Below, one piece after another: positions 1 to 13,800 of a stretch of DNA of 64,000 bases (positions are counted from its first letter, which is position 1; every line of letters begins with the position of its first letter). A program made the position numbers and the translations under genes. The notes under the pieces are model-generated. The model was not told the DNA's origin. It saw nothing but the letters and a program-made list of their open reading frames with translations, and made no database searches. This DNA is from Hormiphora californensis (Eukaryota > Animalia > Ctenophora), in the NCBI GenBank assembly GCA_020137815.1, contig CM035352.1, positions 7,936,001 through 8,000,000 of the forward strand, written 5' to 3'.

Positions 1-469
1 GTTAGTTCCCTCACGCACATCCCTGGCCCCTACAACGAGAGGAGGCAGCAACACCAACCACAGCCTTACCGCGTTCCTTACCCTTGTAACATGTGCTGTC
101 TTTTTTGGTGAGCTGGTTTCAAAACAGATCACAACTTTTTACCAGTAGAGTGAGTAAAGGTGAGGCAGAGTGTGAGGCCAAGTAGGGCAATTTTCATTCA
201 AGTCAATCATTTTCGGTACTCAAAGTAATTTTTGATTTGTTTCTGACATATGCATTGGCACGGATTGGCAAACATATATCTTGGCAGTATCATGTATCAT
301 CACTGCAGATACTCACAGTCAAGCCAACTTATTAGCTCCTACAGTATAGTCCCAGCTTCTCTTGACTAATGAGTGCTACCTAACTAAGGATTATGATTGG
401 TCGATTTCCCATGCAAGGGATATCCACACGAAATTGAGGGGTAGCGACTAGCGAGATACTAAAGGAATA

Positions 470-1262
470 TAGTAGAGTCGATAACTACATCGACCTCTCC
501 CAATTGTTCCAGTTTTTGTCACATCTGTTTGGAGCCTCGACACGACCTCTAAACAGGTGTTACTTTTTCACAAACTGTTTTCATCTTGGTGTAATCAGCA
601 GTTGAAATGTTGCTGATCATAACAAAAACCTGACTAAATTTTTTCAACTTGGGGTAAAACCATGGGTGTCAAAAGTTAGCTCTAGGTCCCCTGAGTAACC
701 ATCCGGAGACTCTAAGAGATATTTCAAGCCGTTCTCCCGTAATCATTAATCCCGGTGGAGAAAAAAATACAATGCGGACGTACGTGAGCGCTGGCAGGCT
801 GTTTACATGTTATTGTATGTCTCTCACTCTCTCTGGAAAAACCGCACGTGCGGTTGCGCCGCGCGAGATAACTCTTTCTCAAGGGGGAGAAAAGAGATAG
901 ACGCACATTAACGTTATACATTAAAGTTGAGGTTGTAGGCAATTGCACGTACGTCCATACTCAAATATGTGCTCTACCGGGATTAATGATTACAGGAGAA
1001 CGGCTTGAAATATCTCTTGGAGTCTCCGGATGGTTACTCAGGGGACCTAGAGCTAACTTTTGACACCCATGGTTTTACCCCAAGTTGAAAAAAAATAGTT
1101 CGGTTTTTGTTATGATCAACAACATTTCAACTGCTGATTACACCAAGATGAAAACAGTTTGTGAAAAAGTAACACCTGTTTAGAGGTCGTGTCGAGGCTC
1201 CAAACTGATGTGACAAAAACTGGAACAATTGGGAGAGGTCGATGTAGTTATCGACTCTACTA
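470..1262 (-). mobile_element. MITE family A, copy 1 (~793 bp, ~285-bp TIRs, 3-bp TSD ATA); internal segment inverted relative to copies 2 and 3
   Basis: Termini TAGTAGAGTCGATAACTACATCG...CGATGTAGTTATCGACTCTACTA. ATA at 467-469 and 1263-1265. Near-identical copies at 33949 and 58955. Confidence 0.92.
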
Positions 1263-2491
1263 ATAGGAGTAGGACAGCGAGAGAGGGAGATAGATAATGA
1301 GATAAACCATTTCATTAATAAGATCTTTGATGATACGAGATTAAATGATAATAAAACATCCTAAAATTCCTGTCAATTTGAAAAGTTTATCTTTCTGTCT
1401 CCCGCTCATTCGTTGGACTGTCCAAATCTAATTAACCGTAAAAGTAAATTAGAGAGGCCCAAACCTGCTGAGTTTTAACTGTGAGAGGAAACTGTAACTT
1501 CGCTAAATTACATAGAAATTATGTTTCCGGCCTGCGAAGAGCAAGAAAGTGCAATTCTCGCTGGGTTCTCTCTCTTTCTTTCTTTCTCTATCTCTCTCTC
1601 TCTCTCTCTCACTCTCTCCCTCCCTCCCTCATTACCCCCGAAAGGTTTGTCAGTAGTGGTACCAAGCTAATTTGCACTTTGATACTCAACACGCACTTGT
1701 TGTGTGATTCTTTCCTCTCTCTCTCACAAACTTGGTGAGGTTGTGTTTTCATAAATTATCTCAACATATATGTATTATATTCAAATCCGCAGAACAAATA
1801 TATCAAATAGCCTCCTCTTCGTTCTCTTTTGTTGCGGTGGGGTCTAACTCAATCCAATAGAGCTTGGTTTGCTATGCTCTCTGAGAAAGAGAAATGGAGA
1901 GGGTGTCGAGCCGAGTGGTATCAAATCTCTCTGAGAGGAACGAGCAAGGCAGGGTGGTATCAAATCTCTCTGAGAGGAACTCGAGCAAGGCAGGGTGGTA
2001 TTAAATCTCTTTGATTTCATTTGGATGGTTGGCGCCACTGGAATGTTCAATGTTCCTCGCCTCATTTTACCTAGCAGTCCTGGCCAAATTATATCTTCTT
2101 CATCCTTGCGGTTCAGCAGAGAGGGTTCTCTATCCAATCTTCAGTCTCTACACACATTTGCTGTGCTCATGTGGGCCTTAATGAAATTCCGTCTTCTTAG
2201 GTGTGAAGAATAACGTTCCCTGACTCATTTATGAGCTAATGTAGAAGCTGTACTACAATTAATTTAACTGTACAATAATTATCAAAGTATGAAATTATCG
2301 TATAGGCGATAACAACAAAAAGATGAATATATTAATTCATATGTTTGCACATTGATGAATGTGTGTGGTTGGATATGTGTAGGAATATAATTGTATCATA
2401 GTTCCTCTCATTACAACCATCATGCAACAATTGCTGGGTTACCAAACAGGATATGTGCGAGCCAATTGCACAACAGTCGGGGGAATACAGT

Positions 2492-2563
<72 letters not shown>

Positions 2564-3269
2564 GCTCCGGTTCTCTCCATCCCATAGGTACCTCCGTCTC
2601 TATTCGTATTATGTCTGCCATTTGAACATGAGTTATGTCTGACAGTGGCCAGTATAATCTTAAAATATTTTCCTTCCTAAGTTCTCACCTTTCAGGTTCT
2701 TGCAGCTCTTTATGTCTTATTGTTATCTATGTTGAATCAGTGCTTATCAGTTTCTTCACATGACAGCTTGCTTCTTTCTCCATCGGGCATGTTCTAAGAA
2801 AAAGAGACCCCCCCACCGAAAAGTTGCATTGACTTTTGTTTGTCTGGCTTGCTTTTATCTTATCATATGGGAATGTTTTTTTTGCTTAATTTTTGGGGGC
2901 CCCCCAAAAGCAATATTTTTTTGGGTGGTAGGGAGGGGGCCCCTTTTTGGCCCCCCAATTTGCTGGTTTTTCCGGATCATTTAAATTAAACAGTGGTACC
3001 CACCCACCTTCCTATCGTCCAGGTTATTTTATAAACTCGTGTTTTTATTTGCTTACAATGTTATGCACAGCACCCCTTTTCAACATTTCTCCTTCCCTTT
3101 TTTCCTCCACAAACCGGAAGCTCTCTTATAATAATGGTTTCCTTTTTAAAAAGATCACATAGTTTTTTTATGTGGATTTCCTTCTTTTGTTTGGTTTTTT
3201 AAAATCGGGGGAAAAAAAGCGGGGGGGTTTTAGGGGAGGAGGGAAAGGGGAAAGGCCCGCTCCCAATCT

Positions 3270-3840
3270 AGAGAAAGGAAAAAAAGAGAAAGAAAGAAGG
3301 AAAAAGAGAAGGAAAGGAGAAAGAAGAGAAGAGAGAGAAGAGAAAAAAGGAAGGAAGAAAGAGGAAAAGCGAAGAGAGAGAAAGGGAAAAAGGAAAAGGA
3401 AAGAAGAGAAAGAAGGGGAAGGAAGAGAAGAGAGAGAAGGAAAAGGAAAGAAGAGAAGAGAAGGGGAAAGAAAAGAAAAAAGAGAAGAGAAGGAAGGGGA
3501 AAGAAGAAGAGAAGAGAAGAAGAAAAGAGGGAAAAAAGGAAAAAGGAAAGGGAAGGAAAAAAGGGGAAAGAGAAGAGAAGAGAAGAGAAGAGAAAGAGGA
3601 AGGAAAAAAGGAAGGAAGAGCAAAAAAAGGAAGAGAAGAAAGAAAGAGAAGAGAAGGGGAAGAAGGAAGAGAAGAAAGGGAAGAAAGAAAAGAGAAAAGG
3701 GGAAAGAGAAAGGAAGGAAGAAAAGAAAAGAGAAGAAAAGGGAAAGAGAAAAAAAGAGAAAAGATGGGAAAGAAGGGGAAAAGGGAAAGGAGAAGGGGAA
3801 AGGGGGAGAGAAGAAAGACCAAAAGGGGAAAAGAGAAACA
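3270..3840. repeat. Degenerate polypurine (G/A) low-complexity tract
   Basis: Almost exclusively A/G. Lies in a homopolymer-rich, apparently error-laden region. Confidence 0.8.
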
Positions 3841-6746
3841 ACAAGAACCCCCCAAAATCTCCAAACCCTCCCCCGCCACCCAAACTTTAAAATTTCCCTC
3901 TCCTCCCCCCCCCCCATAATCAAGCTTCGGAAAGTGAAGACTTTATCCCGGCCCCCCGACATTCAATTGAAATATCCAACGATTATCCTCATATCCTGCC
4001 TTTCTATGGTTTTTAAAGGAAGCACGTGTTAGAAGGGGGGTGAGGTGAGTATTGGGACGCCAAAAAAAAGGGAACACAAACCCCCCCTTTTTTTCCAATT
4101 TTTTCCCCCCTTTGCCCCTTTTTTTTTTTAAAAAAAAACCCCCAAAAAAACCCCTCCTTAAACCCTCCAAAACCCAAAAAAAACCCCCCCCCTTTTTTCT
4201 TTTTTTTTTTTTCTTTTTTTTTTCTCTTTAAAATTTTCTTTTGTTTGTAAACCCTTCTGGTTTACCCATTTTTTTTTTCAATTTTAGACTCCTCGCCCCT
4301 TTTTTTAAATTTTATCCCCATAATAATATGTATGTGGGTATTCCCAAAATTTATATCTGCCCTTTTTATTGGTTGGTTTTGGTTTTTTTCTTTAAATTTT
4401 AAAAGAAACTACTACCCCCTCTAATATCTTAGATATTATATGTGTTTCTTTGTCTGTTTTCATGAGGAGTATCCCATCCCCCCATCGGGGGTGAGTCAAT
4501 TTTCATGATTTGTCTTCTATGTTCTAAAACCCTGCTTTTCAGAGAGCGGTTTTAGAACAAGGAAACAGGTCTCATATCTAAAAATGATGGCCCCCAATTT
4601 TTTAGTTGTTTTGAAGCTTTCCCAACTTTTTTTTACATTGGAGGGGGGGCCCCCTTTGTCCATAGATCGTCCATTGTCCTCTTGCCCCCCCATTTTTCTG
4701 TATTTCACCCCGACCCCCAATATAAATTTTTTATACCGTTTTTGTTTTTTCACTTTTCACCTCGAAATTGTATGAAACAGAATCGCGAAACTGCACAGTT
4801 AGAATTATGCAACTGCAATATAGCGAGTAATTCTGGAATTAGACAGAAATTAGACGGAAAGGAAATGTTTTAATGGTGAGGAAAATGGGAGAGGAGAGAT
4901 AGAAAAAAAGGGAAAAAGAGGAAAAAAAAAACCCCATGGGTACAGGAGAATAGTAAAATTTACAGATTAAAATTTAAGGCAATTAAATGCTTCTCTTGGT
5001 ACTATTTTCGCACTTTTCCCTCAGCAATTTCAATTCTGTAGGCCGGGGGTTCTAGTGCGCAAGTTGGAGGGGGGGGGGTTTGGAGAAGTAAATAGTTTTT
5101 CCCAAGTTCTGTATAAATTCCACATTGTGTCTTTTGTAACTCGAGTTTTTACGACTGAATTGCGCCTGGAGATGAACAAATTGAGTTTAGAAGGAATGTG
5201 GAAACTAATTTCAATTTGACCCCCTGATCTTCATTATTCAGTATCATGTTCCTCAGCTCAGCTTCATTCCCTTCAATGCCTTATTTTTTTCTTTGTACCC
5301 GGAGCGGGACCAAGTTTTGTGAGTAGAAAAAATTTTCATGCGCACCACGCGTTTTCCCCGGGGCCTTGTAAAAACCCTTTTTTTTTTCCCCCCCCAAAAA
5401 AAACCCCCCCCCCCCCTCTCTCCCCTTTTTCTTTTCTGCAGGAGGGAGTGAGGGGGAGGGGAATTTCCCCCCTTTTCATAAATATGCATCCCCCATAAAG
5501 ACCCGGGTGGAGAATTTAAAACATTGTTTTTCGGGGTTATGTTTCGCAGCTATTCAAAATAATAATAATTTGCTTTCATCCGGCCGGCAGTGGGTATAGA
5601 ATATTCCTTTCCCTATTGCGGTTGCGTTATAAGCCCCATTTGGGGTTCCAATTATTTATTTAAATACTACTTTTTTCATAAATTTTACTTTGGTCCTCTC
5701 ACTTCTTCTCCCTTCCTTTTCCCTCTTCTCCTTTTTGATTTTTTTTTTTTCCATACCAAACTTTCAAAATCCTTTTATAGTGGGCCCTTTTTAAAATAAA
5801 AACACCTCCTCTCTTCTCTTTTTCCCCTTTTTCCTCTTTTTTTTTCCCCCCCTTTTCTTTTTTCCCTTTTCCCTCCCCGATTTTTATATGTCTCCCCCAT
5901 TTTTCATTCCCGCCCCTTTTTTCATTTTCTTGTTTTCCCCCTTTTTTCCCCCCCCCTTTTGGTTTGGGTTGTTGTGGGTTTTTTTGTGTGTTGGGGGAAA
6001 AGAAAAAAGAAAAATTTACTCCCCACCATTTTTGAAAACCCGGGCGGCTTTTGGGTGGGAAATAAAATTTTTTTTTTTTTAATTTTTTATTTTTTCCCCC
6101 CGTTTTTCCCGCCCCCCTTGTTTTTCCCCTTTTTTTTCCTCCCCCCCCAACCCCTTGGTAAATCCCCTCAGCCCGTTTTAAAAAACCCAACCAAACTTCC
6201 TCTTTTTTTTCCCCCCCATAATCTCTTTAGAGCAACACCGGCCATTACCCCCCCTATCTCTGACTTTGAAAACAGCACCCAAACCCCTTTCCCCCCCTCT
6301 GGTTGAACCAACACTTGAATCATTTTCTTCATTCAGTCCTCTCTTCTTCTTCTTCTTCTTCTTAGAGGCTGTCTCAGCCCCGTGAGGGGCTGAGATAAAG
6401 GGATGTAGCTCAGTCCCCTCTACATGCACCCCCCAGAACTTCCCCACGTTTTTGTCCCAACACCCTTTTTGAGCGCATATTTGCCGGTTTTGTTTGTAAT
6501 GGTTTTTGTTGTTGTTTGTTGTTGATGAACCATCAGGTGTTTTAGGCAGGTTGGGTTTAGCGTTCCTATAATTTGGGAAAAGAAGAAGGAACGTGTTATG
6601 TAAATTTGATACCCTTCGGACCACTGAGCTGCCTTGTGGTCTCTCCAGTGTCCTTTTTATTTCCTTCCCTTACGCTCAGTTCTATCTCTTTATCTCTCTC
6701 AATCTCTCTCTTCGTCACTCTCTCTCCTCTCTCTCCTCTATCTCTA

Positions 6747-6806
<60 letters not shown>

Positions 6807-8511
6807 AAAATCTTCGTTTAACGTCATGTTTTAAAAATTAAGCTACCCCCCGGGCTCCTCATGTGGGGTGTGGCCTTTCAGTTTTTTTAAAAATGATCAC
6901 TCTCCCAAATTCCCCGGGTATTCCCCCAAAGCCCCCCTTCCCGATTTATTCCTCTTAAATTCCTCAATCAAAACCCTTCCCCTTTTTACAATCCCCCTTG
7001 TAAAATTGGGGGTTATTTCCCCACCGGCTTTTTTACGTGCTTTATGTGATTTAAAAATTTTACTACAATGTTTTTCTGTGAAAATGGGAATTTTTCCCCA
7101 AAATAGGGGGATTTTAAACACTCCCTCATTTCAGTTCACGGTCATCCCCCAAAATAGGTTTTTTTCGGTTTTTAATTTTGTTGATTTAAAGTTTTTAAAA
7201 AATTCGTTTTTTATATGTTCGTTTAAAAATTTTTGTTAGTGTCTTTTTTGTTTTTTTTACCTTCTTTAGTTTTTGGGGAATTTTTGGGGGTTTTTTTGTT
7301 TTTTTTACGACTCGTATCGGGGAATCTTTGATCATTTTAGCCCCCATTTGGGAATTTATTTATCTAGGCTTCTTGATTTCTTTGAAAGCCAATCCTTTTG
7401 TATCCGGCCAAACTTTCTTATTTTGGTTTTCCCCCGTTTTTTTTCTTTTTTATTCCCTGTAATTTTTCGCTCCAGATAACATTCCTTTTAATCTTTAAAA
7501 AAGGGCGAGGGAAAGGGGGAAAGGGCAGATTTCGGGGATTCTAAACCCATAGGGGAGAGAGAGGGGAAAGAGGAGAGGAGGAAAGGGGAAAAATCTCTCT
7601 TTTTCCTCCTCTCTCTCTTCTCTTTTTCTCTCTCCTCTTCTCTCTCTTTTCTTCTTTTCTCCTCCCCTCTCTCTCTCTAAACTTCTCTCTCTCTTCATTC
7701 TCCCTTTTCTCTCTTTTCATTCTCCCCATTCATAAAAAGAAGGGGGAACCCGTTTTTTGCGTTTTTTTGTTTTTAAATCTCCGGGAAAAGGGGGGGTCCG
7801 TCTTCCTCAAAAAAAGTGCCCTTTGAACAAATATTATAAACAAAAGGGTTTAAAATTTAAAAAAACGTGAAAAATGTTCCCCATAATCCCCGGGGAAAAA
7901 TTTTGGTGATTTTGGATGCGATTTACAACCCCCTGTTTCTAGGGCTTTCTAAAAAATAAAAAACCCGACCTAGAACCCGTTGCTTTTGCCAGTTATTAAT
8001 CCCTTGACCCGGGATAGCCTCAAAGGACAAGAAGATACACAGACAGACGGAATAAAAAGCTACATTTTAATTATTGTTTGCTGACTCTGAGCGCTTTTGA
8101 ATGATTGTTGCATGATAGATGCAGACTGCAGCTACAATTACTAGCTTCACCTGCTTACTAACTGCTATTACAGCTGTTTCACCCAGCCGTATCTTACAAT
8201 ATGTATTTTTGTGATGTCCTAAATTATCTATTATCTCACCCTAATTATCTAGTCAGATAGCTGTTTAACCTTCTGCCTGCCCTGTTAACCCCATATTAAC
8301 CCTATCTCTACCCTGTTAACCTCTTGTTAACCCCATGTTAACCTTATATCTTGTTATAGCACCACCGCCATGGAGTTTCTCAGGGCGGATGCTGCCAACA
8401 ACGCCCCCCCCCCCCCCGCCCCCTGTCTTGTTACCCCCCCCCCCCTAGGCCTACCCTGTTAACTCCTGTTAACCCCATGTTAACCGTATATCTTGTTATA
8501 GCACCACCGCC

Positions 8512-10817
8512 ATGGAGTTTCTCAGGGCGGATGCTGCCAACAACGCAGGCACGGAGCAGTTCTCCGATAAGAAAATGGTGTGGATTCTTGACAAGGAGAA
8601 GGGCTTTGAGAAGGCAGCCATACTGGAGGAGAAGGGGAGATAATGTGCTGGTCCAGAAAAATGGAACTAACGAGGTTCGTGTCCTAATACTAGTTGTTAC
8701 CATGGTAACCTCTTCAGTGAAACTCTTACCCCTGTTTCAATTTGTTGGCCTTACCCCCCCCCCCCATTCAGGAGTTGACCCTGAAAAAGGAGGACACCCA
8801 GCAGATGAACCCTGCTAAGTTTGAGAAGCTGGAAGATATGGCCAATCTGACGTATCTGAACGAGGCCAGTGTCTTGCATAACCTCAGGCAACGATACTTC
8901 TCCTCCATGATTTATGTGAGTGGGTTTGTTTGTTTGTTTGTTTGTTTGTTTGTTTGTTTGTTTGTTTGTTTGTTTGTTTGTTTGTTTGTTTGTTTGTTTG
9001 TTTGTTTGTTTGTTTGTTTGTTTGTTTGTTTGTTTGTGGGTTCTTATAGGAACATGAGTGCAGCTCGTGTTATCGGATCAGTGTGGTACACGTGCCGGGC
9101 CGTTATCAAGTGTGATTGTACTGAATTGTCAGTCCTTGTTCCTATCTCTCGAGAACAGCTGATCTATCGACTCCATCTTTCTCTCTCTCTCTCCCCCCCT
9201 CTCTCTCTCCATCTTTCTCTCTCCCTCCCTCCCTCCCTCCCTCTCTCTCTCTCTCTCGGTTGTAGGGTATTACACTCAGAGGCCTGTCATCAAGTATTCC
9301 CTACAGCTGCATTGCAACCGACATCTCTATCTCCCACCCACTGACTCACTACTGACTCACTGAGCTATACAACTACCACAAAGAGAATCAGTAGAGAGAG
9401 ATTGAGTCGAGAGAAAAAGAGAATAGTGTAGAGAATAGTGCAGATTGAGTCGAGAGAAAAAGAGAATAGTACAGTGAATACTACCAAACCTAGATTAGAT
9501 AAAAGCTAACGGGAAGTTAACTAAACCTGGAACCCCCTATTTCAGTTAAGTAAAACCCCATTTTCAGTTAACTAAACTTCCTCTTTTAATTTCAGACCTA
9601 TTCTGGTATATTCTGTGTGGCGATCAACCCTTATGCCAGGCTACCAATCTATACCAAAGAAGTCATCCAGTCTTACAGGGGAAAACGGTAAGCACTACCA
9701 TAAGCAAATTAGGTCGTTATCATGCATGAAGAAGGTAAACAAAATCAATTTGTGTATCAAATTGAATATCATTTAGTTAGATGCTAAGTTAAAAACCCTT
9801 CAGGCGAACGGAGATGCCTCCTCACATCTACACTGTGGCTGATGAGAGTTACCAGCAGATGATCCAGCAGAGAGAGAACCAGTCCATACTGATCACTGGG
9901 GAATCAGGCGCAGGGAAAACTGAGAACACTAAAAAGGGTATGTTATTTTAATTAATTAATTAGTTATACGGAATGTGTTATTAATTTCCTAATTAGGAAA
10001 CCATCATTTAACATCTCAATTAGTAAATAAACCATCATTTAACACCTCCTGCCTATTATAGTTATCCAATACTTTGCCACTATTTGTGGGGTCGAAAGTA
10101 AAAGTGTCGACGGATCACACCTCGATGAACAGCTGGTGCGGTGTAACCCTGTTCTTGAAGCATTCGGAAATGCAAAGACCATCAAGAACGATAACTCGTC
10201 CCGGTTCGGGAAATTTATCCGAATCCACTTTGGAGCACAAGGGAAAATCCATAGGTGAGAGCATCCATCCTCCCTCTCCCCTCATCCCCTCCCCCTTTTT
10301 TCTCAGTTATCCAGTATTTTGCATCGGTGGTAGGAGTAGAACATGGCCCAGGGCACGTTCCCGATGATACAGCCACCAAAAAGACTGGTCTGGACCAGCG
10401 TCTTGTCCGGTGTAACCCCGTCCTGGAAGCTTTTGGAAATGCAAAAACTCTGAAAAACGATAACTCCTCGCGTTTTGGAAAGTTTATCCGAATTCATTTC
10501 GGTGGTTCTGGCAAGATTCATAGGTAGAGAGGCGTGTGTGAAATGAAATACTTAATCAAGCTGGAATGCTGTGCATAATATCATGAAAATAGTTTGAAGT
10601 GTGTGATCTTTCTGCCCCAAAGTGTGAAGTGTGAGTTTAACATTTCCACAAAGTGTGTGAAGTGTGAATTTCACATTTCCACAAAGTGTGAAGTGTGAAT
10701 TTCACATTTCCACAAAGTGTGAAGTGTGAATTTCACATTTCCACAAAGTGTGAATGTGTGAATTTCACATTTCCACAAAGTGTGAAGTGTGAATTTCACA
10801 TTTCCACAAAGTGTGAA

Positions 10818-10849
<32 letters not shown>

Positions 10850-13800
10850 AGCAGCAGTTCATGAAATTAAGTGTGTGGAAGTCTAGTACATATAACAACA
10901 GGTGATATTACACTCTCATGAAAACCAATTTATACGCTGGATCGGCTATTCTGATGATTGAGTTTTTGCTGGTATTGATGTGCTGAAACCACCATCCACT
11001 TCCCCTATCCTTCGATCTCCCGAAACCTCCATACATTTCCTTCTCTCCTATCTTGTCCCCCCCCTGTTTGAAACTACCCTGTACCACACACTTTATCTTT
11101 TGGTTTTGTTTTTGAGTTTGCATCCCAACATATAACGCAGATCTAAATCCATTCTATCTCTAACTCGCATAATTCCAGTGCTGATATTGAGCGTTATTTG
11201 CTGGAAAAGGCTCGAGTCACCTACCAGAATCCTGATGAGAGGTCTTTCCACATTTTCTATCAGATCCTCAAGGGAATGAGCCCTGAAGAATGTAAGTGTG
11301 TAATGCGAATCACGCGTTGTGCACCACGCGTTGTGCATCACGCGTTATGCGCCACGCGTTGTGCATCACGCGATGTTATCAGTAACGCCAATATTCTCAC
11401 ATGATATTTCATATCACCCCCTGTAGTATTTCACAAGCAATAACAACAATTTCCCTGTTATAGTGAGCGACTGTCTGCTGACGAATAACCCCAACGACTA
11501 CTCGTTGCTAAGTAACGGAGATATCATTGTTGACTCTCTGGCGGATGTGGAGTTGTGGCAGGAAACAAAACAGTGCATGGCCGTCCTAAACTTCTCCGGT
11601 ACGATTCACAATAGCATACACGTGTCTTTTGGGGGTAGACATGAGTCCACCCTAGATAGAAGTCGTTAAATCTCAACTTCGTCAATTTGTTATTACCGTT
11701 CTTTTGGGGTGCTTATTCTCTGCTATTATAATGTACAACTAACCCCCCTCCTTCCTTCAGATGAGATGATGAACAAGATATTCCGGTTTACTGCTGGTAT
11801 CCTCCACCTTGGTAACACCACCTTGAAGGCGAATAAGAGGGATGAGGGGTGCTCTATTGACGATACTCAGGTACATTTGGAAACACATGGAACAATGATA
11901 CCACTTTTTAATTCAGTTATTTCCAAGTTTACTTTACTGCACCTTACTTTTTCCTCACCTTAACAACCCAACACTCTCACTGAACAGCTAACTAATTTGT
12001 TTCCTCTCTGCAGTGGATAGAGAAGGCGTGCCACATGTTTGGAGTTAACGCGGTAGATATGACTAAGGCCCTCATCAAACCCAGGATCAAAGTGGGATCT
12101 GAATACGTTCACAAGGGACAGAATGCCGACCAGGTATACCTATAATGAGTAGAATGAATTATGATGAATAGAAATATTGTTCATAATTATTAAATTACAA
12201 ACTGACAACTCCACGCCTATGAATTAATCAGATTTCTGTTTCTTGCCCCTTCTCTGGAGTCGTTTTGACTCAGATTAAACACATTGCATTATCCCTGATC
12301 TTGACAACTAAATGATACACCCATCAGTATAATATCCCCTAACTAAATAACACCCCCACTAGGTGAAACACAGTATCGGTGCTCTATGTAAGTCCATCTT
12401 TGAGAAGATTTTCAAGCTGGTCCTGGACATGTGTAATGAGACACTGGAGACAAAGTTGAGGAAGAATTTCTTTATTGGAGTTCTCGATATCGCTGGTTTC
12501 GAAATATTTGACGTGAGTTATTGTCCTACTTCATGTACTGGACACACAGACTGTGTATAAATGCTAGTTTTCAGACTGAGTTTGTACTACTTCACCGGGT
12601 ACAGATCATCTTTATTAGTTCCTTGGACACACAGACTTGCTTATGCGATCTGATCCCTGCAAAATAACTGAGAACTAAATTATCACGACTTCTCTCTTCA
12701 CAATTTCTAACCCTCTCTCTCCCTCTCTCAGTTCAACTCGTTCGAGCAGCTGTGTATTAACCTGACCAATGAGAAGATCCAACAGTTCTTCAACCACCAC
12801 ATGTTCACGCTGGAACAGGAGGAATACAAGAAGGAGGGAATCAAGTGGGATTTCATCGACTTTGGGCTGGATCTGGAACCCACAATTGAACTTATTGAGA
12901 GGGTAAGTAACACCAACCCCCCTGATTTAGCTAACAACCCTCCCCCACTTCTCTGCTCCCCTGGCCCACCCCTATCTCTCTGGGTCTAGAACAAACCATT
13001 GAACTTATAGAGCGGGTAAGCTTTACGATTATATTCAGGTTTTCCAAATAAGAGCTGGTTTACGATGTATGGCATTTCGTGAAACTATTCTTCTGTACAT
13101 CTGCCCTCCAGTTGCGTTGGCTAACACCTCCGCCTTTATCTAAGACCACCACCCTCCTCTCTCCCATCTTTAGCTAACACACCCCCCCCCCCATTCCAGA
13201 ACATGGGAGTGTTTGCTGTGATGGATGAGGAGTGTATTATGCCCAAGGCTACTGACGCCACCTTCCTCTCCAAACTAAACGGCATCCACCAAGGGAAAAA
13301 CCCGAAATACCAGAAACCCTCGCCAAAGAGTACGAACCACCACCGTCACCATGACAACCACCGTTACCATGACAACCATCATGTGGTTGATTTGAGGGGT
13401 GGCCGCAGTGTGATCTGGTCAAGGGAGACAGACTCAGTTACACTGTGGCCATCCGGACAACAATTTAAACAGACCCACATTACATCATGTACTGGAAATA
13501 CTGATTTTACTGACAGTTGAGATTTTGACTGACAGAGTGACAGTTGTGATTTTGGCAACTGTTCGTGCTGTCTCCACGCAGGACGAAAGGTTCAACAGCG
13601 CCATCAAATATGGTACTTCCTCCATCCACATAACTCAGTTCCTTACTCCACAGGTCAAATGGGAGAAAACCCCGTCAGTTTCCAGATAGTCCACTACGCC
13701 GGTGCAGTGGGATACAACGTGGATGGGTGGTTGGAGAAGAACAAGGATCCACTCAATGAGAACGTGGTTGAGCTATTTGTAAAGAGCAGGGAGCCTATCT

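Noticed and set aside
1-110. Possible terminal exon with a hydrophobic (GPI-like) end
   Set aside because: Too short and truncated by the window to support
724-948. 74-aa ORF repeated at 34263-34487
   Set aside because: Internal spacer of MITE A, non-ATG start, no transposase motifs
1844-2213. Coding-like minus-strand stretch with ~33-bp repeats
   Set aside because: In-frame stop upstream and no recognisable family
3168-4032. Long K/R/E/G-rich and F/S/L/P-rich ORFs on both strands
   Set aside because: Translation of a polypurine tract that lacks stops by composition, in low-quality sequence
2800-8000. Numerous short ORFs; possible minus-strand exon near 6300-6430 (poly-Lys)
   Set aside because: Homopolymer-inflated, error-rich sequence with no recognisable domain or reliable splice sites
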